64,000 bases of DNA from Eledone cirrhosa (Eukaryota): positions 332,816,001 through 332,880,000 of the forward strand of contig OZ024741.1 of NCBI GenBank assembly GCA_964016885.1, given 5' to 3'. Of the stretch, positions 24,601 to 38,096 are shown piece by piece. The notes below the pieces were generated by a model that was given only the letters and a program-made list of their open reading frames with translations, made no database searches and was not told the DNA's origin. The position numbers and the translations under genes were made by a program. The stretch's first letter is position 1. Each line of letters starts with the position of its first letter.

Positions 24601-26041
24601 TCTATACATATATATACAACTGAAATTGTCTGTGTGTGTGTCCTGATTTTTGCAAAGTCTATACAAATCCACATTTCTACTCCGATTGACTTCAAACTTG
24701 CATTTATATATTCCTTGCGGTCTAAACATATTAACTGCAGCTTTTATTTTTCAATTTTCTGTTGTTAAAGGCGTGTTAGGCGCCGGTTAGCGACCTCTCT
24801 CTCTTTCTTAGCTTGTCTTTTTAGATAGATACATAGCTATAACGTCGCGTCCTTATAATATCTATCTGTATGTCTGGCTGTTTGCATTACAACATTATGA
24901 AAACATTGTTCTCATTGCTGATTATTATCTTCGATATTTTCCATTCAGGGAATGTCTTCACGAACCAAAGTATCGTCTTCCTGTTTTCCTCGATTGCAAC
25001 GTTTTTCGAAATATTTACTTCTGCATTCACAGATTGATTTTTTTAGTTTCAGAAGATCCCATTAAGGGTGAAAGCAGCGATTCTTTGCTTAAACTTTAAT
25101 CTGTTATTTTAATATATATATATATAATTATATATTCGTGTACAGATATTTTTGCATACACAAAAACAAAATATAAACCAATGTATTTATTTCACAAAAG
25201 CACAGACGGCTTATCGTTATTGTTACTGCCAATATTTAACACAAAAAAGTCCCACTACTTTTGGCACAAGGCCAGCAATTACATAGTCAACGGTTCGGAA
25301 ATCACATGCATCACTGATGAGTTTACTCCTTACTCTACCAGTTAGTCTTAGTGTACTTCGTCCTGCTTTTAGGTCATGCCTCGAAGGAAGAGATACTCCA
25401 TTGGCCTAAATACTGCGAAAGCAGCAAGAGAAAGAACAAGGCGGGCAAATGAATCGTCAGTGGAATTTGCTATTCGATGGTCGCAAGATGCTGAATGTAC
25501 TGCCACCAGAAGAGCACTTGAAACAAACCACCAACGAACCATTCGCTGAACCCTGTCAGCTTTGCAATGTCTATCAACAAATCCTAGGGTCAAACCCTAG
25601 CTGTTGCTGGTCTTCTTTTGGAAGAGTCATGTTTTTCATACGTTGGCTGCTCAAGAGTGGGAAGCAAGACAAATCTCTTTGCATATGCCTGACACGGAAG
25701 AACAAGGAACATTGTGTACAAGGAGGTGCTACAATCATTGTTTAGGTAGACAAGGCAGAAGGGGATATACACGATTGGCTGAAGAAGGATGAGACTGTGT
25801 TAGTAGTACGACCAACGGCTGCTATCACACCAACAGCAGCAAAAAACAACAACAAAAAAGAAAGGGAACGCAATTACATGCTTTTGAAAAATCTTAATGG
25901 AAAATTATTTGCCTAAGCACAAAATGTAGACACCACCCCCAGGCCGAGGTATTCCGTACTTCTCTGTACTGTTTCAGAAAGGAGGAATAAACATGCCAAT
26001 CTATGTTTAGAAGCCCGAGCAACGCCGGGCCATTCTGCTAG
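24601..26041 (+). mobile_element. Internally deleted, non-autonomous Helitron
   Basis: A|TC 5' end; 3' hairpin GCCCG-agcaacgc-CGGGC followed by CTAG|T. It contains a RepHel-like N-terminus (MPRRKRYSIG...RRANES, from 25376) joined to a Pif1-helicase C-terminus (FAMSINKS*GQTL...YVGCSRV...RNIVYKEVL). Confidence 0.88.
25045..25095 (+). ncRNA. Type I hammerhead motif with A4 core variant
   Basis: AGTTT CAGAAGA tCCC attaa GGGt GAAA GCA gcgattctt TGC TT AAACT. A second copy lies at 33154-33204 (-). Confidence 0.65.
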
Positions 26042-26355
26042 TTATAATTATTATTATTTGTGCTTTTTCTTTTCCTTCAGTTTTGTTTCCATTTGTTGCC
26101 GAGTGTCTTCTCAACACTTAAGGCAGAGAAACTCACAGCATACATTGATAAACCACAAAATAAACACACCAGATTGGTCACGTCATGAACTTTACACAGT
26201 TGCAAGTTTATCATTTGCTTTATCAACACCATCATCATCGTTTAACGTCTATCTTCCACGCTAGCCTGGGTTAGATGGTGTATATTTTATATGTGTGTAT
26301 ATTTCATTATCTGTTTAAAATCATAGTATCGTTATTATTATTATTCAGTGGATTT

Positions 26356-26992
26356 AGGGCGGTGGATTGGCGGTATCGGTAGAGGGTCGGACGTCATGCT
26401 TTGCAACATAGAGTTAAGGCCCTTTACAGTCTGAGTTCAAATCCCGCCGTGGTTGACTTTGCCTTTCATCCTTACGGGGTTGATAAAATAAAGTACCAGT
26501 TACGCACTGGGGTGGATTTAATCGATTTTCCCTCCCTCCAAAGTTGCTGGCATTGTGCCTATATAAGAAACCATTATTATTCAGTGGATTGGCAGTATTG
26601 GTAGAACATTAGACCACGTGCTTTGCAGCATTGAGTTATGGTCCTTTATGTTCTGAGTTTAAATCAGGCCGAGGTTAGCTTAGCTTTTCATCCTTACATG
26701 GTTGATAAAATAAAACACCAATAATCGATTTAATTGACTTTCCTCTCTCCTAAAATTACTGGCCTTGTGCCTAAATAAGAAACTATTATTATTATCATCA
26801 TGGATGGATTGGCAGTATCGGTAGAGGGTCGGACGCCATGCTCTGACGCATAGAGTTACGGCCCTTGCCATTCTGAGTCCAAATCCCGCTGAGGTTAACT
26901 TTGCCTTTCATCCTTACCGGGTCGATAAAATAAAGTACCAGTAATACACTGGGTAATTGCTTGCCTTATGCCAAAAGTAGAAACAATTATTA
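26356..26992 (+). mobile_element. Three tandem copies of SINE family 2
   Basis: Copies start near 26356, 26585 and 26803 and are separated by (TTA)n tails. Confidence 0.85.
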
Positions 26993-27429
26993 CTATCATC
27001 ATCATCATCATATTTTATTTTTATCATTATTGCATTACTAAGCTTGGCTATGTGCCGTGTTGTTTTTTGGTGTTGTTTCTATTGTATTGAGAGTAATTTT
27101 CATGATATGTGTGTGGAGCCTAGTAGTGCTATTTTTTTGTATGCTGTACATATTTGTAAGTCCTAGGGTTTTGGTTTTACATTTATCTGGGTGTTTCTTT
27201 TTATCATTCCCACGTCCAAAGCTACATGCTTCAGCTTCCTTAAATCGCAACCCAACACAACATGAAAGCTTCAGCCTATGTGACGATGGGCAGATATGGA
27301 AGTTTATTAAGTCTGGTGAAACAGAAAAGAGATGCCAGCTGGTCTAAGCACACTGTACCCACAATAGTTGGCAATGGAAAAACTGGGAAACTAAATCAGA
27401 ACAACCTGCCATCCCCTATACATCATCAT

Positions 27430-28135
27430 AAACTGAAATGAAGGTAAATTTGTTGTCCTTAAATGCTTGTAGCTTATGCAACAAGATACATCATTTGATT
27501 CTTACGTCAAAAGTATTGACCCCGATTTCATTACAGTCATGGAAACAAGGGCACATTCTTTACTCTGTGATGGGGTTTTCAGGATAGCTGGCTACAACTG
27601 GTTTTGCAAAGACTGCATTAATCATTGTGGTGTTGGTGTGAGGGTCTACATTCATTCAAACTTTTCAACAATTCCTTGCATTGATTTGAACCAATCACAA
27701 CAAGAAGTATTTTTCTGTGATATATAACCATGGCAACATTTCTACTTGGAGTTATTTACCGCCCCCAAAATTACCATCAGGACACACAGTTTTGTGATAT
27801 CCTCAGAGCTTCTGTCAGGAAAGCAGCCACTTATGTTTTTATCCAGGCAACTTCAATGACCCTGAGATTGATTGGGAAACCATTCATTGGTCACAAAGTG
27901 CAAATGATTTCCTTGAGCTAGTGCTCGACTCGAACTGGTAGCCCCTCCCATACAAGAGATGACAACACTTTGGATCTGCGCTTTACTGCTAATCCTGAGA
28001 CGGTTTTTAGTATCACTACTGAGGAACCTTTAGGTGACTCTGATTATGCTATGATCATTGCCAATCTGTCTCTTATGGGCAGTAACAAAAACCACAACCA
28101 TCTCCAAACTGCTCACTTTGACTGGAATAAAGCAG
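27430..28135 (+). pseudogene. Heavily decayed CR1-type APE endonuclease fragment
   Basis: LNACSL, ITVMET, GVIYRP, GNFNDP (frameshifted), LDL, PLGDSDYAMI. Confidence 0.65.
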
Positions 28136-28139
28136 ACAG

Positions 28140-28860
28140 TTTTTATCACTTCATCCCAAGTCTTCTTGGATCTCCCCACTCTAAGGCTTCCATCGACCTT
28201 GAGCACTCTGCACCTTTTTATGCAACTGTCCTCCTTCAAATGCATCACATGTCTATACCAATGTAATCTCCTCTCCTGCACACAGTATTTGATTCCTCTT
28301 ATGCCTAGTCTCTCTCTCTCTCTCAGTTCGTTTATGCTTTGCTGTTCATGTATATTACTATTACACATCCATCGGAGCATGCAAGCTTCATTTCTTTCCA
28401 ATCTACACAAGTCTTCTGCATGCAATGCCCAGGTCTCACTACCATGCAACATTGCTGTTTGTATGCACGCATCATACAGTCTGCCTATCATTTTGAGGGA
28501 AAAGCCTTTTGCAGCTAGCAGTGATAGTAGCTCCCTGAACTTCTTCCATCCTGTTCTTACTCTGGTTACTGTACTTTCAGAACACCCACTTCCGCTGCTA
28601 ATTTGGTCACCTAGGTAGCAGAAGCTGTCTACTGTTTCTACTGAGCCCTCCTAGAATTTGGTAGTGCTTGTTTCCTGTGGTCCTTTGTTGCTTACTGTCC
28701 TGGTGCAACATGTAAAGCCTACATTCTTAGCTAAACTTCCTGAGATCCCACTACATCTCTTGTGTGCCCATAGTTTGGATTTGAGACAGAGGATGGAGTT
28801 CCTACCTACACCTTTCCTACATACTGAGCAAAACCATTTCTCTGAGGGGATCGGGGTTCA
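28140..28860 (-). mobile_element. RTE LINE fragment (RT C-terminal region)
   Basis: [19 protein letters not shown]...ERRLHWYRHVM; homologous to 1750-2470. Confidence 0.85.
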
Positions 28861-29431
28861 AAAATAAGAATAGGCCAACATTAGCTGCCATTGAGACACA
28901 GGTTTTACATTAGAGTTTTCTTTCTAGAATCATGCCCTAACAAAGTGGTTGTGCTGATATCACAAAAAAAAGAAGCCCAGTCAATCCTGTCAGAGTTTTC
29001 CTGGAGCCACAAAAAAGCATCCCTTCTATAAAATAAAGTGGTAGAGGTGGTATTATGACAGAAACTTCCAGCACATGCTATATGTTTGGGATTAGGAAGG
29101 GCATCCAGCCATAGAAAACCCAGCCCAAAACAAATCTGCATGAACAAGACACGGGCCCCTGATATGGCTAGCCTTATAACATGACAACCTAGTTAACCCC
29201 TATATTAAACTTGATGTTTACACTCTACTAATGTATTGAGTACCTAATGTGATTACCCTTGACTGAATCCAGGACTCATAATAAATATATATATATATAT
29301 ATTTGTCTAACCCATGCTAGCATGGCAAAATGGACGTTAAATGGTGATGATGATATATATGAGTAAATGTGTACGTATGTGCATACATTTGTGTGGGTAT
29401 GTATGTGTTGTGTGTATGTGTGTATATATAT

Positions 29432-32400
29432 GATCATCATCATTTTACGTTCGCTTTACCCTGCTTGCAAGGGTGGGACGGGTCCTATTCAGCACAGCAT
29501 CTGTCCACTTGTCACGGTCCTTCATAATCTCCTCTGTGAGCTTCAGCAATTTGAGGTCCACTCTCACCAACTCCACCCATGTTTTTCCTGGTCTTCATCT
29601 ACTGCGTCTTCCTTCTACTGGCATTTCTTGGCACTTCTTTATCCAGCGGTCATCCTCCATGTGCATCACATGTCCATACCATCGCAGTCTTCTCTCCTGC
29701 ACACTACAACTTATCCCTCTTATACACAGTTTCTCTCTCAACTCATCCATGTTTGGTCATTCACGTACATTGACATTGCACATCCAACGAAGCATGCTTG
29801 TCTCATTTCTCTCCAGCTGTCGCATATCCTCTGCAGTTGTTGCCCATGTCTCACTACCATGCAGCATCGCGCATCTCACACAACCATAATATAACCAGCT
29901 TTTCATACACAGGGAGAAACCCTTCTTTGTCAGCAGAGGAAGCAGCTCCCTAAACTTCTTCCAACCCATCCTTATTCTAGATACTATGGCCTCGGAACAC
30001 CCCTCTCCCATGCTAATCTGATCTCCTAGGTACCGGAAGCTATAAACCACTTCTATAGAACCTACCTGCATTTGAAAAATGTGTCTATCACTGCGACTTC
30101 TACTGTCAAATTTCCCTCTACATCTACTGCATACGTATTTTTCACTACCTGTTAGTTTTCCTGCTATCCCGCTACATCTCTTGTGTACCTAAGATCTACA
30201 TTGTGTACATTTTATAGAATTTATGCCAGTTCCTTTTCTACATATCGAACATGGCCATTTCCCTGACGGAATCAGAGTTTTGTCCTCTTTTCTACTTATC
30301 AACAATTTTGTCTTAGCTAGGTTCACTCTCAGTCCTCTTAATTCCAACTGCTGTTTCCATAGCCAGAATTTATTCTCTAGCTCCTCTACTAATTCTGCTA
30401 TAAGAACCAGATCGTTAGCATAGAGAAGTTCCCATGGGCAGCCAGTCTTAACCTCCTCTGCAAGATCAGGCTGAGGATTGAACCCTGATGTACTCCTACT
30501 TGTATCTGGAATTCCTCACTAAAATCCATTCCTACCCTCACTTTACTGACAGCATCTCTGTACAAAGCTTGCACTGTTCCCACAAGCCATTCCTCAACAC
30601 CTAGTTTCCTTAGGGACCATCAGATAATAGATCAGGCAACCCTATCAAAGGCCTTCTCTAGGTCAACAAAAGCTAAGTATAGTGTCTTATTCTTTTCTAA
30701 GACCCTTTCTTGTAGTTGTCTCACTAAGAAGAGGGCATCTGTTGTACTTTTCCCAGGCACAAAACCAAACTGCATCTCATCTAGTTTGACCCTTTCTCTA
30801 ATTAATATCCTTTCTGCCACTTTCATAACCTGATCCATCAGTTTTATAATTGCTCCTCTCCAGAGCATTCCCTTTACCTTTGTAGGAATTTAGGAGAATA
30901 TTGCTGCACCAGTCTTTGGGTATGACTTCGCCATATATAGCTTGATTAACGATGCGTGGAACCAGTTTAGTGCCTACTCTACTTCTGATGCCTTCAGCAT
31001 CTCAGCAACTATTCCCAACGGTCCAGTTGCCTTACCATTTTTTATTTCCTTAATTGCCTCTTGGACCCTATATTCGTCAATTTCAGTAGCTGGTCGCTCT
31101 GTCGGTTCTACTAGGGGTAGTTTCTCTCTCTCCCATTTGTTCTCCACATTCATCAGCCTCTCATGACATTTCCAGGCCTCCTTTTTCTGATCATTAGTGA
31201 CACTAAGTACACCAGCATCATTCCAGACACATCTATCTCCAACAACATCCCAATTACACTGACACACTGCCTTGCAATGTGGAACATCACACGTCTCTGA
31301 TCTTTCCATTGCAGGACATTGGCAAACCTCCTACTCTCAGCCTCCGTGCGTGCTAAGTATACCTGACGACTAGCTTCTCTCTTAGCGGCTGTGTATCGGT
31401 CTCTACTCCCACCATTTTCCCAAGCATTCCATGCTAGTCTTTTGTCTCTAATGGCCCTATCTACCATGTTGTTCCACCACCAGGTCACTCTCTGTCTGGT
31501 TGAAGCTCTGCTCCAGCCACAAGTTTCTTCAGTAGCCTGCAGTAAGCTGTCACATAAGAAATTGCAGTTATCATCTATGTCATACGATTCTAAAACATCT
31601 TCTTTCTCGTCATACACATCTTGAAGGGCTTTCCTAATTTTATATTTTAGTGAAAGGTCTTTTAGTTTCCAGGCCTTCCTTTTCCACACCTTCCTGTATG
31701 TCTCATTTTGTCTCTTGCTTATTGAGATTTCACTAACGACTAACCTATGCTGTGGTGTACATTCTTCCTCGGGGTATGCCTTAGTATTTGACACCATCTG
31801 TCTGTCTTGCTGCCTAACTAGCAAAAGTCAATCTGGCTATGTGCTCGCCTGATTTGTAGGTTATTAGGTGGTTGGTAGGTTTCTTGTTGCAAATGGTTAG
31901 TGTACTTGCATCACAAAATTTAAGAAGCCTCACTCCTTCATTTCTTGAGCAATAACCATGACCACCATGTACCCCAGGGTATCCATCCTGGAGCTGTCCA
32001 ACATGACCATTGAAGTCCCCTGCTAGCATAACGATGTCTCTGTCCTCTGTCATCGTGGCTGTTTGTAAAAGTTGTTCGTGAAAGCAGTCTTTCTCTTCTT
32101 TACCTAGGCCTGCTTGGGGAGCGTAGGCAGAGATGATTGTAAGTAGTCTCCTGCCTACAACTAATCTAAGCTTAATTATTCGATTAATAACTCAAACTAC
32201 CTTTATTGTTTCATCGATCCATCTCTCAGCCAGTAAAATGCCTACCCCACTTAACCCATCATTATTACCCACCCAGAAAAGCTTATAAATAAGATGTTTG
32301 TCTGTGATAGGTCTTGCAGAAGCACCTCTCCATCTCACCTCTTGCACGCAGCACACATCCACCTGCTTTCTCTCTAGCATTTCCCCTATCTCACTAGGTC

Positions 32401-32455
32401 TGCCTGTTAGAGTGCCAACATTAAGTGTGGTAACTCTGAGATTTGACGTCTTCAT
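29432..32455 (-). mobile_element. Near full-length decayed RTE LINE, second subfamily
   Basis: [50 protein letters not shown]; many frameshifts; GAT tail. Confidence 0.9.
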
Positions 32456-32571
32456 ATTCTTGTTGTTGTTGTTGTTGTGGTGGTGGTTGTGTGATTGCTT
32501 GATGATATATATATATATATATATCATCATGTGTGTGTATATATATATATATACAGATATAGCATCATGTA

Positions 32572-32690
32572 TATATATAGGAAAAGAGTCAGGACACTGA
32601 CGGTTGAGCTCCGGCCGTTTTGACAGCTAGATCTGAGTATTGAGTACTCTGGTGCGTTATGGTCCACCTGATATCTTACCACACCCTCTT

Positions 32691-32736
<46 letters not shown>

Positions 32737-32864
32737 ATATATAACAAAGAGGGTGTGGTAAGATATCAGGTGGACCATAACGCACCAGAGTACTCAATAC
32801 TCGGATCTAGCTGTCGAAACGGCCGGAGCTCAGCCGTTGGGGTCCTGATTCTTTTCCTATATAT
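32572..32864. repeat. Inverted repeat with ~120-bp arms around a (TA)n(TG)n spacer, containing the 3' half of a hammerhead-like motif
   Basis: Arms 32579-32697 and 32737-32859; GAAA CGGC...GCCG TT at about 32816-32838. Related pieces lie at 10313-10360, 13187-13360 and 36244-36290. Confidence 0.8.
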
Positions 32865-33099
32865 GTATCATCATCATCATCATCATCAACGTTTAACGTC
32901 CGTGTTCCACGCTTGCATGGGTTTGGACGGGGGTAGTCCCACTTGAGGCAAGAGTGATTGTCTTGCTCGCATAGGACTGTCTATATATATATATATATAT
33001 ATATACACATGATGATATATATATATATATACGCACACACACAACACATACATACCCACACAAATATATGCAGATACGTACATATTTACTCATATATTC

Positions 33100-33137
<38 letters not shown>

Positions 33138-33153
33138 TAAAATAACAGATTAA

Positions 33154-33204
33154 AGTTTAAGCAAAGAATCGGTGCTTTCACCCTTAACGGGATCTTCTGA
33201 AATA
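33154..33204 (-). ncRNA. Second copy of the A4-variant hammerhead motif
   Basis: Minus strand reads TTT CAGAAGA tCCC gttaa GGGt GAAA GCA ccgattctt TGC TT AAA. Confidence 0.6.
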
Positions 33205-33301
33205 TTTGCTCTACAGTTCTTATATATTTAATATATATTTATCCCTATCAAGCCCTCTTTGGATTTTAGTCTTCAAATTTATTATTACTACAATATATAT
33301 A

Positions 33302-33638
33302 TATGGCTTAGTGGTTAGAGCATTGGCCTTGCAATCGAAAGGTTGTGAGTTCAATTCTCAGACCGGGTGATGTGTTGTTTCCTTGAGCAAGACACTTTAT
33401 TTCACATTGCTCCAGTTTACTCAGCTGTAGAAATGAGATGATAGGGACAGGGGTTCCTATCATTCCACTGCAAAGTGGTCATGGAGGTGCCACGGCAAAA
33501 AAGCACCCAGCACTCACTGTAAATGAGGTTGGTGTTAGGAAGGGCATCCAGCTGTAGAAATCAAGCCAAAATCAGTTCCCGTCCCACCCTTGCAAGCAGG
33601 GAAAAAACGGACGAAAAATGAAATGATGATGATGATGA
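33302..33638 (+). mobile_element. Full SINE family 1 copy with an RTE-derived 3' tail
   Basis: tRNA-like head and core, then a tail shared with the RTE 3' UTR (AGGAAGGGCATCCAGCTGTAGAAA...GGACG-(GAT)n). Confidence 0.85.
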
Positions 33639-33863
33639 TATATATATATATATATATAAACACATATGTTTGTGACTCTTGAAAAAAAAATTCCATATTT
33701 TGTAATCATTGATGTTTTTTTGAATATAGTTACTGCTTAGTTTCCTTCTTTGATGGGAGGCCAGGCTTTTAACCTTTTAGCTTCAGGTCAACATGGTTAA
33801 TGTAGTCTTTAGAATTTTTAATGTTCTATGTGTATGTATGTGTACATATCATATATGTGTGTG

Positions 33864-33925
<62 letters not shown>

Positions 33926-33938
33926 TGTGTATTGTGTA

Positions 33939-33997
<59 letters not shown>

Positions 33998-34222
33998 ATA
34001 TTTATTTATTTATTTATATATTCATATATATATATATATTTATTTATTTATTTATATATTCATATATATATATATTTATTTATTTATTTATATATTCATA
34101 TATATATATATTTATTTATATATTTATTTATTTATTTATATATTTATATATATATATATTTATTTATATATATCATACATATTATATATATACATATGCT
34201 TATATATATATATATATGTATG

Positions 34223-34297
<75 letters not shown>

Positions 34298-34674
34298 GCT
34301 CATATATATATATATATATACATATGCTCATATATATATATACTTATGCTGCTATATATATATATATACACACACACACATATACATACACTCAAAAAGA
34401 GAAGCACATATTGTGTTTGTTAGAAGGAGCGTAAGAGAACCTTTTGAATTTAAACAAATAATTATGAATAAATTTCTGTTTTGTATTCAACTGACTTTAT
34501 TAGGAGTTTAATTTGATTTTCCTACAAGGAAATAGCACAAAACATTATGGCTTGAATGATATTGTTCATAGTTGATGATATTGTTGTGGAGTTGTTTGTA
34601 CATTATCTTAAATTTCATTATTGAAGACAATGTATGTACTGCATATAATACCACACATGATTGCTCTGTGTGTG

Positions 34675-34724
<50 letters not shown>

Positions 34725-34729
34725 TGCAA

Positions 34730-35736
34730 ACAATGGGTACACAAGAGATGTAGCGGGATCTCAGGAGGCTTAATTAAGAGACAGCAAGCAGCAAACAGCC
34801 ACAGGAAACAAGTACCACCAATCTCTGGGAGGGCTCTGTAGAAACAGTAGACAGCTTCTGCTACCTAGGTGACCGAATTAGCAGCGGAGGTGGGTGTTCA
34901 GAAAGTACAATAACTACAGTAAGAACGGGATGGAAGAAGTTTAGGGAACTACTACCACTGCTAGCTGCAAAAGGCTTCTCCCTCAGAATGAAAGGCAGAC
35001 TGTATGATGTGTGTATCCGAACAGCGATGTTGCATGGTAGTGAGACCTGGGTGCTGAAGGTGGAAGACTTACGTAGATTAGAGAGAAACGAAGCCTGCAT
35101 GCTCCGATGGGTGTGTAACAGTAATATACGTGAACGACAAAGCATAAATGAATTGAGAGACAGACTGAGCATAAGAGGAATCAAATGCTGTGTGCAGGAG
35201 AGGCGGTTGCGCTGGTATGGACATGTGATGCGTATGAAGGATGACAGCTGCATAAAAAGGTGCAGAGCACTAGAAGTTGATGGAAACCGCAGAGTGGGGA
35301 GACCCAAGATGACCTGGGATGAGGTGATAAAAGCCGACCTTACCCAATTACACCTCTCAAAGGCAATGACACACGACCGTGACCTCTGGCGTCACGCAGT
35401 AATACAGAGTACCCGACCTCCCATGGGTACAAGCTGAAGCATATAGACAATATGCCCCACACCCCCCACCGCAAGGTGGTCGTGGAGGTGCCACGGCAAA
35501 AAAGCACCCAGCCCACACTGTAAAGTGGACGTGTAGGTGCCACGAAAAAGCACCCAGCACTCACTGTAAATGAGGTTGGTGTTAGGAAGGGCATCCAGCT
35601 GTAGAAATCAAACCAAATCAGTTCCTGTATGAGCAAGGGATGGTCAGCCGACCAGACACTGCCCACAACAAGACAACCCGTCTAACCCATGGTAGCGTGG
35701 AAGAACGGACGTAAAACGGTGATGATGATGATGATG

Positions 35737-35737
<1 letters not shown>
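34730..35737 (+). mobile_element. 5'-truncated RTE LINE (C-terminal ORF, 3' UTR and tail)
   Basis: ORF 34988-35437 [19 protein letters not shown]...[11 protein letters not shown]...GRPKMTW. Confidence 0.9.
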
Positions 35738-35807
<70 letters not shown>

Positions 35808-35810
35808 GAT

Positions 35811-35884
<74 letters not shown>

Positions 35885-35886
<2 letters not shown>

Positions 35887-36220
35887 TGTTGACGAAGAAG
35901 GGTTTCTCCCTGCTTATGAAAGGCCGGTTGTATGATGCCTGTGTGAGGAGCGCGATGCTGCATGGTAGTGAGACATGGGCAGCAACTGCAGAGGATATGC
36001 GACGGCTGGAGAGAAATGAGGCAAGCATGCTCCGTTGGATGTGCAGTGTAAATGTGCGTGAACGACCCAGCATAAATGTGTTGAGAGAGAAACTGTGTCT
36101 GAGAGGGATAGAATGTAGTGTACGGGAGAGGAGACTGAGGTGGTATGGACATGTGATGCGCATGGAGGATGACCGATGGGTGAAGAAGTGCCAGGAAATG
36201 CCAGTTGAAGGAAGACGTGG
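35885..36220 (+). mobile_element. RTE LINE internal fragment between (TA)n tracts
   Basis: [28 protein letters not shown]...[11 protein letters not shown]. Confidence 0.85.
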
Positions 36221-36582
36221 TATATATATATATATGAAAATGTATGACTCCGACGGCAGAGCTCAAGCCATTTGGACGGCTATTTCTGGACTATATATAT
36301 ATATATATCATCATCATCATCATCATCATCACCGTTTTACGTCCGTTCTTCCACTCTAGCATGGGTTAGACGGGTTGTCCTGTTGTGGGCAGTAGCCGGT
36401 CAGCTGACCATGTCTGGCCCATACGGGAACTGATTCTGGCTTGATTTCTACAGCTTGATGCCCTTCCTAACACAAACCTCATTTACTGTGTGAGCTGGGT
36501 GCTTTTTTGCTGTGGCACCTCCACGACCACTTTGCAGTGGAATGATAAGGACCCCAGTTATCATCTCATTTCTAAAGCTGAG

Positions 36583-36613
<31 letters not shown>

Positions 36614-36617
36614 GTGC

Positions 36618-36651
<34 letters not shown>

Positions 36652-36833
36652 GTATGTATATATGTGCATATATATAAATATATGTATGTATATATGTATA
36701 TATATATAAATATATGTATGTATATATGTGCATATATATATATATGTATATATATATGTATATATATATAACATATGTATGTATATATGTGCATATATAT
36801 ATATGTATGTATGTATAAATGTGCATATATATA

Positions 36834-36885
<52 letters not shown>

Positions 36886-36961
36886 CATATATATATATGT
36901 GTATATATATATATATAGATGAGCATATGTATGTATAATTATAAATAAATAAACGTATATA

Positions 36962-37299
36962 TGGAGGCACATGGCTTAGTGGTTAGAGCATTGGCTTTGC
37001 AATCGAAAGGTTGTGAGTTCAATTCTCAGACCGGGTGATGTGTTGTTTCCTTGAGCAAGACACTTTATTTCACATTGCTCCAGTTTACTCAGCTGTAGAA
37101 ATGAGATGATAGGGACTGGGGTCCCCATCATTCCACTGTAAAGTGGTCGTGGAGGTGCCACGGCAAAAAAGCACCCAGCACTCGCTGTAAAATGAGGTTG
37201 GTGTTAGGAAGGGCATCCAGCTGTAGAAATCAAGCCAGAATCAGTTCCCGTCCCACCCTTGCAAGCAGGGAAAAAGCGGACGTAAAATGAAATGAAATG
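36962..37299 (+). mobile_element. Full SINE family 1 copy
   Basis: Closely similar to 33302-33638 and 58152-58490. Confidence 0.85.
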
Positions 37300-37913
37300 A
37301 TATATATATATATAAATATAAATTCACCATGAATCGCATTTCGGAGGGTAGAAAAGGCGAAACGAAACGCAAAAACCAGAGCTAAACAATATGTTAAAAC
37401 GCCATACAAAACTGAAAAAGTGGTCAAGAAATCATCAACCACCTAAGCCAAAAAGCAAATCAAGCTAAACAGGTCAAAACAAAAAAATGATAAAAAAACA
37501 CAGACCTGGACCCATTGGAATTGATGTTAAAATCCAAATGCAGGGTTTCTATGACACCTAAATCAAAATACTGTCTGCTCAAAATTATAAGCTTTAGGTA
37601 TAATGATTGAACAAGGATTATCACGTCATCAACAGGTATTTTGCTCTGTACCAAATTTGTGAATGAGACAGAGCCGCATAAAAGCACACGTGGAATTCAC
37701 AAGGGGAAAAACCCCAGATTTTGGCAAATGAATTTAGTATGTGTATACCATGCAAAAAATTGCATAAATAGCACAAATCGAATAAGCACTCAACCTGTGT
37801 ATATGTGTATGTACTATGTATAGATAGATACACCACACATGATAGTTCGTGTATGTATTTATATATGTGTGTATATGTATGTATGTAGATTTGTGTGAGG
37901 CTTTGTGCACTAA

Positions 37914-37963
<50 letters not shown>

Positions 37964-38060
37964 AGAAGTAAATATGTGAGAAGTAAATAAAAAATACAAC
38001 AGACAATGAAATACAATGAAGATATATTTATTAGTTTCACACCTAATATAGTAGGAAACG

Positions 38061-38096
38061 TCTTAATATTTTGGGCGCTAGTCCTTCATCAGAAAA
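38061..38096 (-). ncRNA. Degenerate copy of the 15897 hammerhead family
   Basis: Minus strand reads TTTT CTGATGA a GGAC tagc GCCC AAAA TA TT AAGA; GAAA has been lost. Confidence 0.55.

Noticed and set aside
25315-25321. Isolated CTGATGA
   Set aside because: No downstream helix II-GAAA-NUH arrangement was found.
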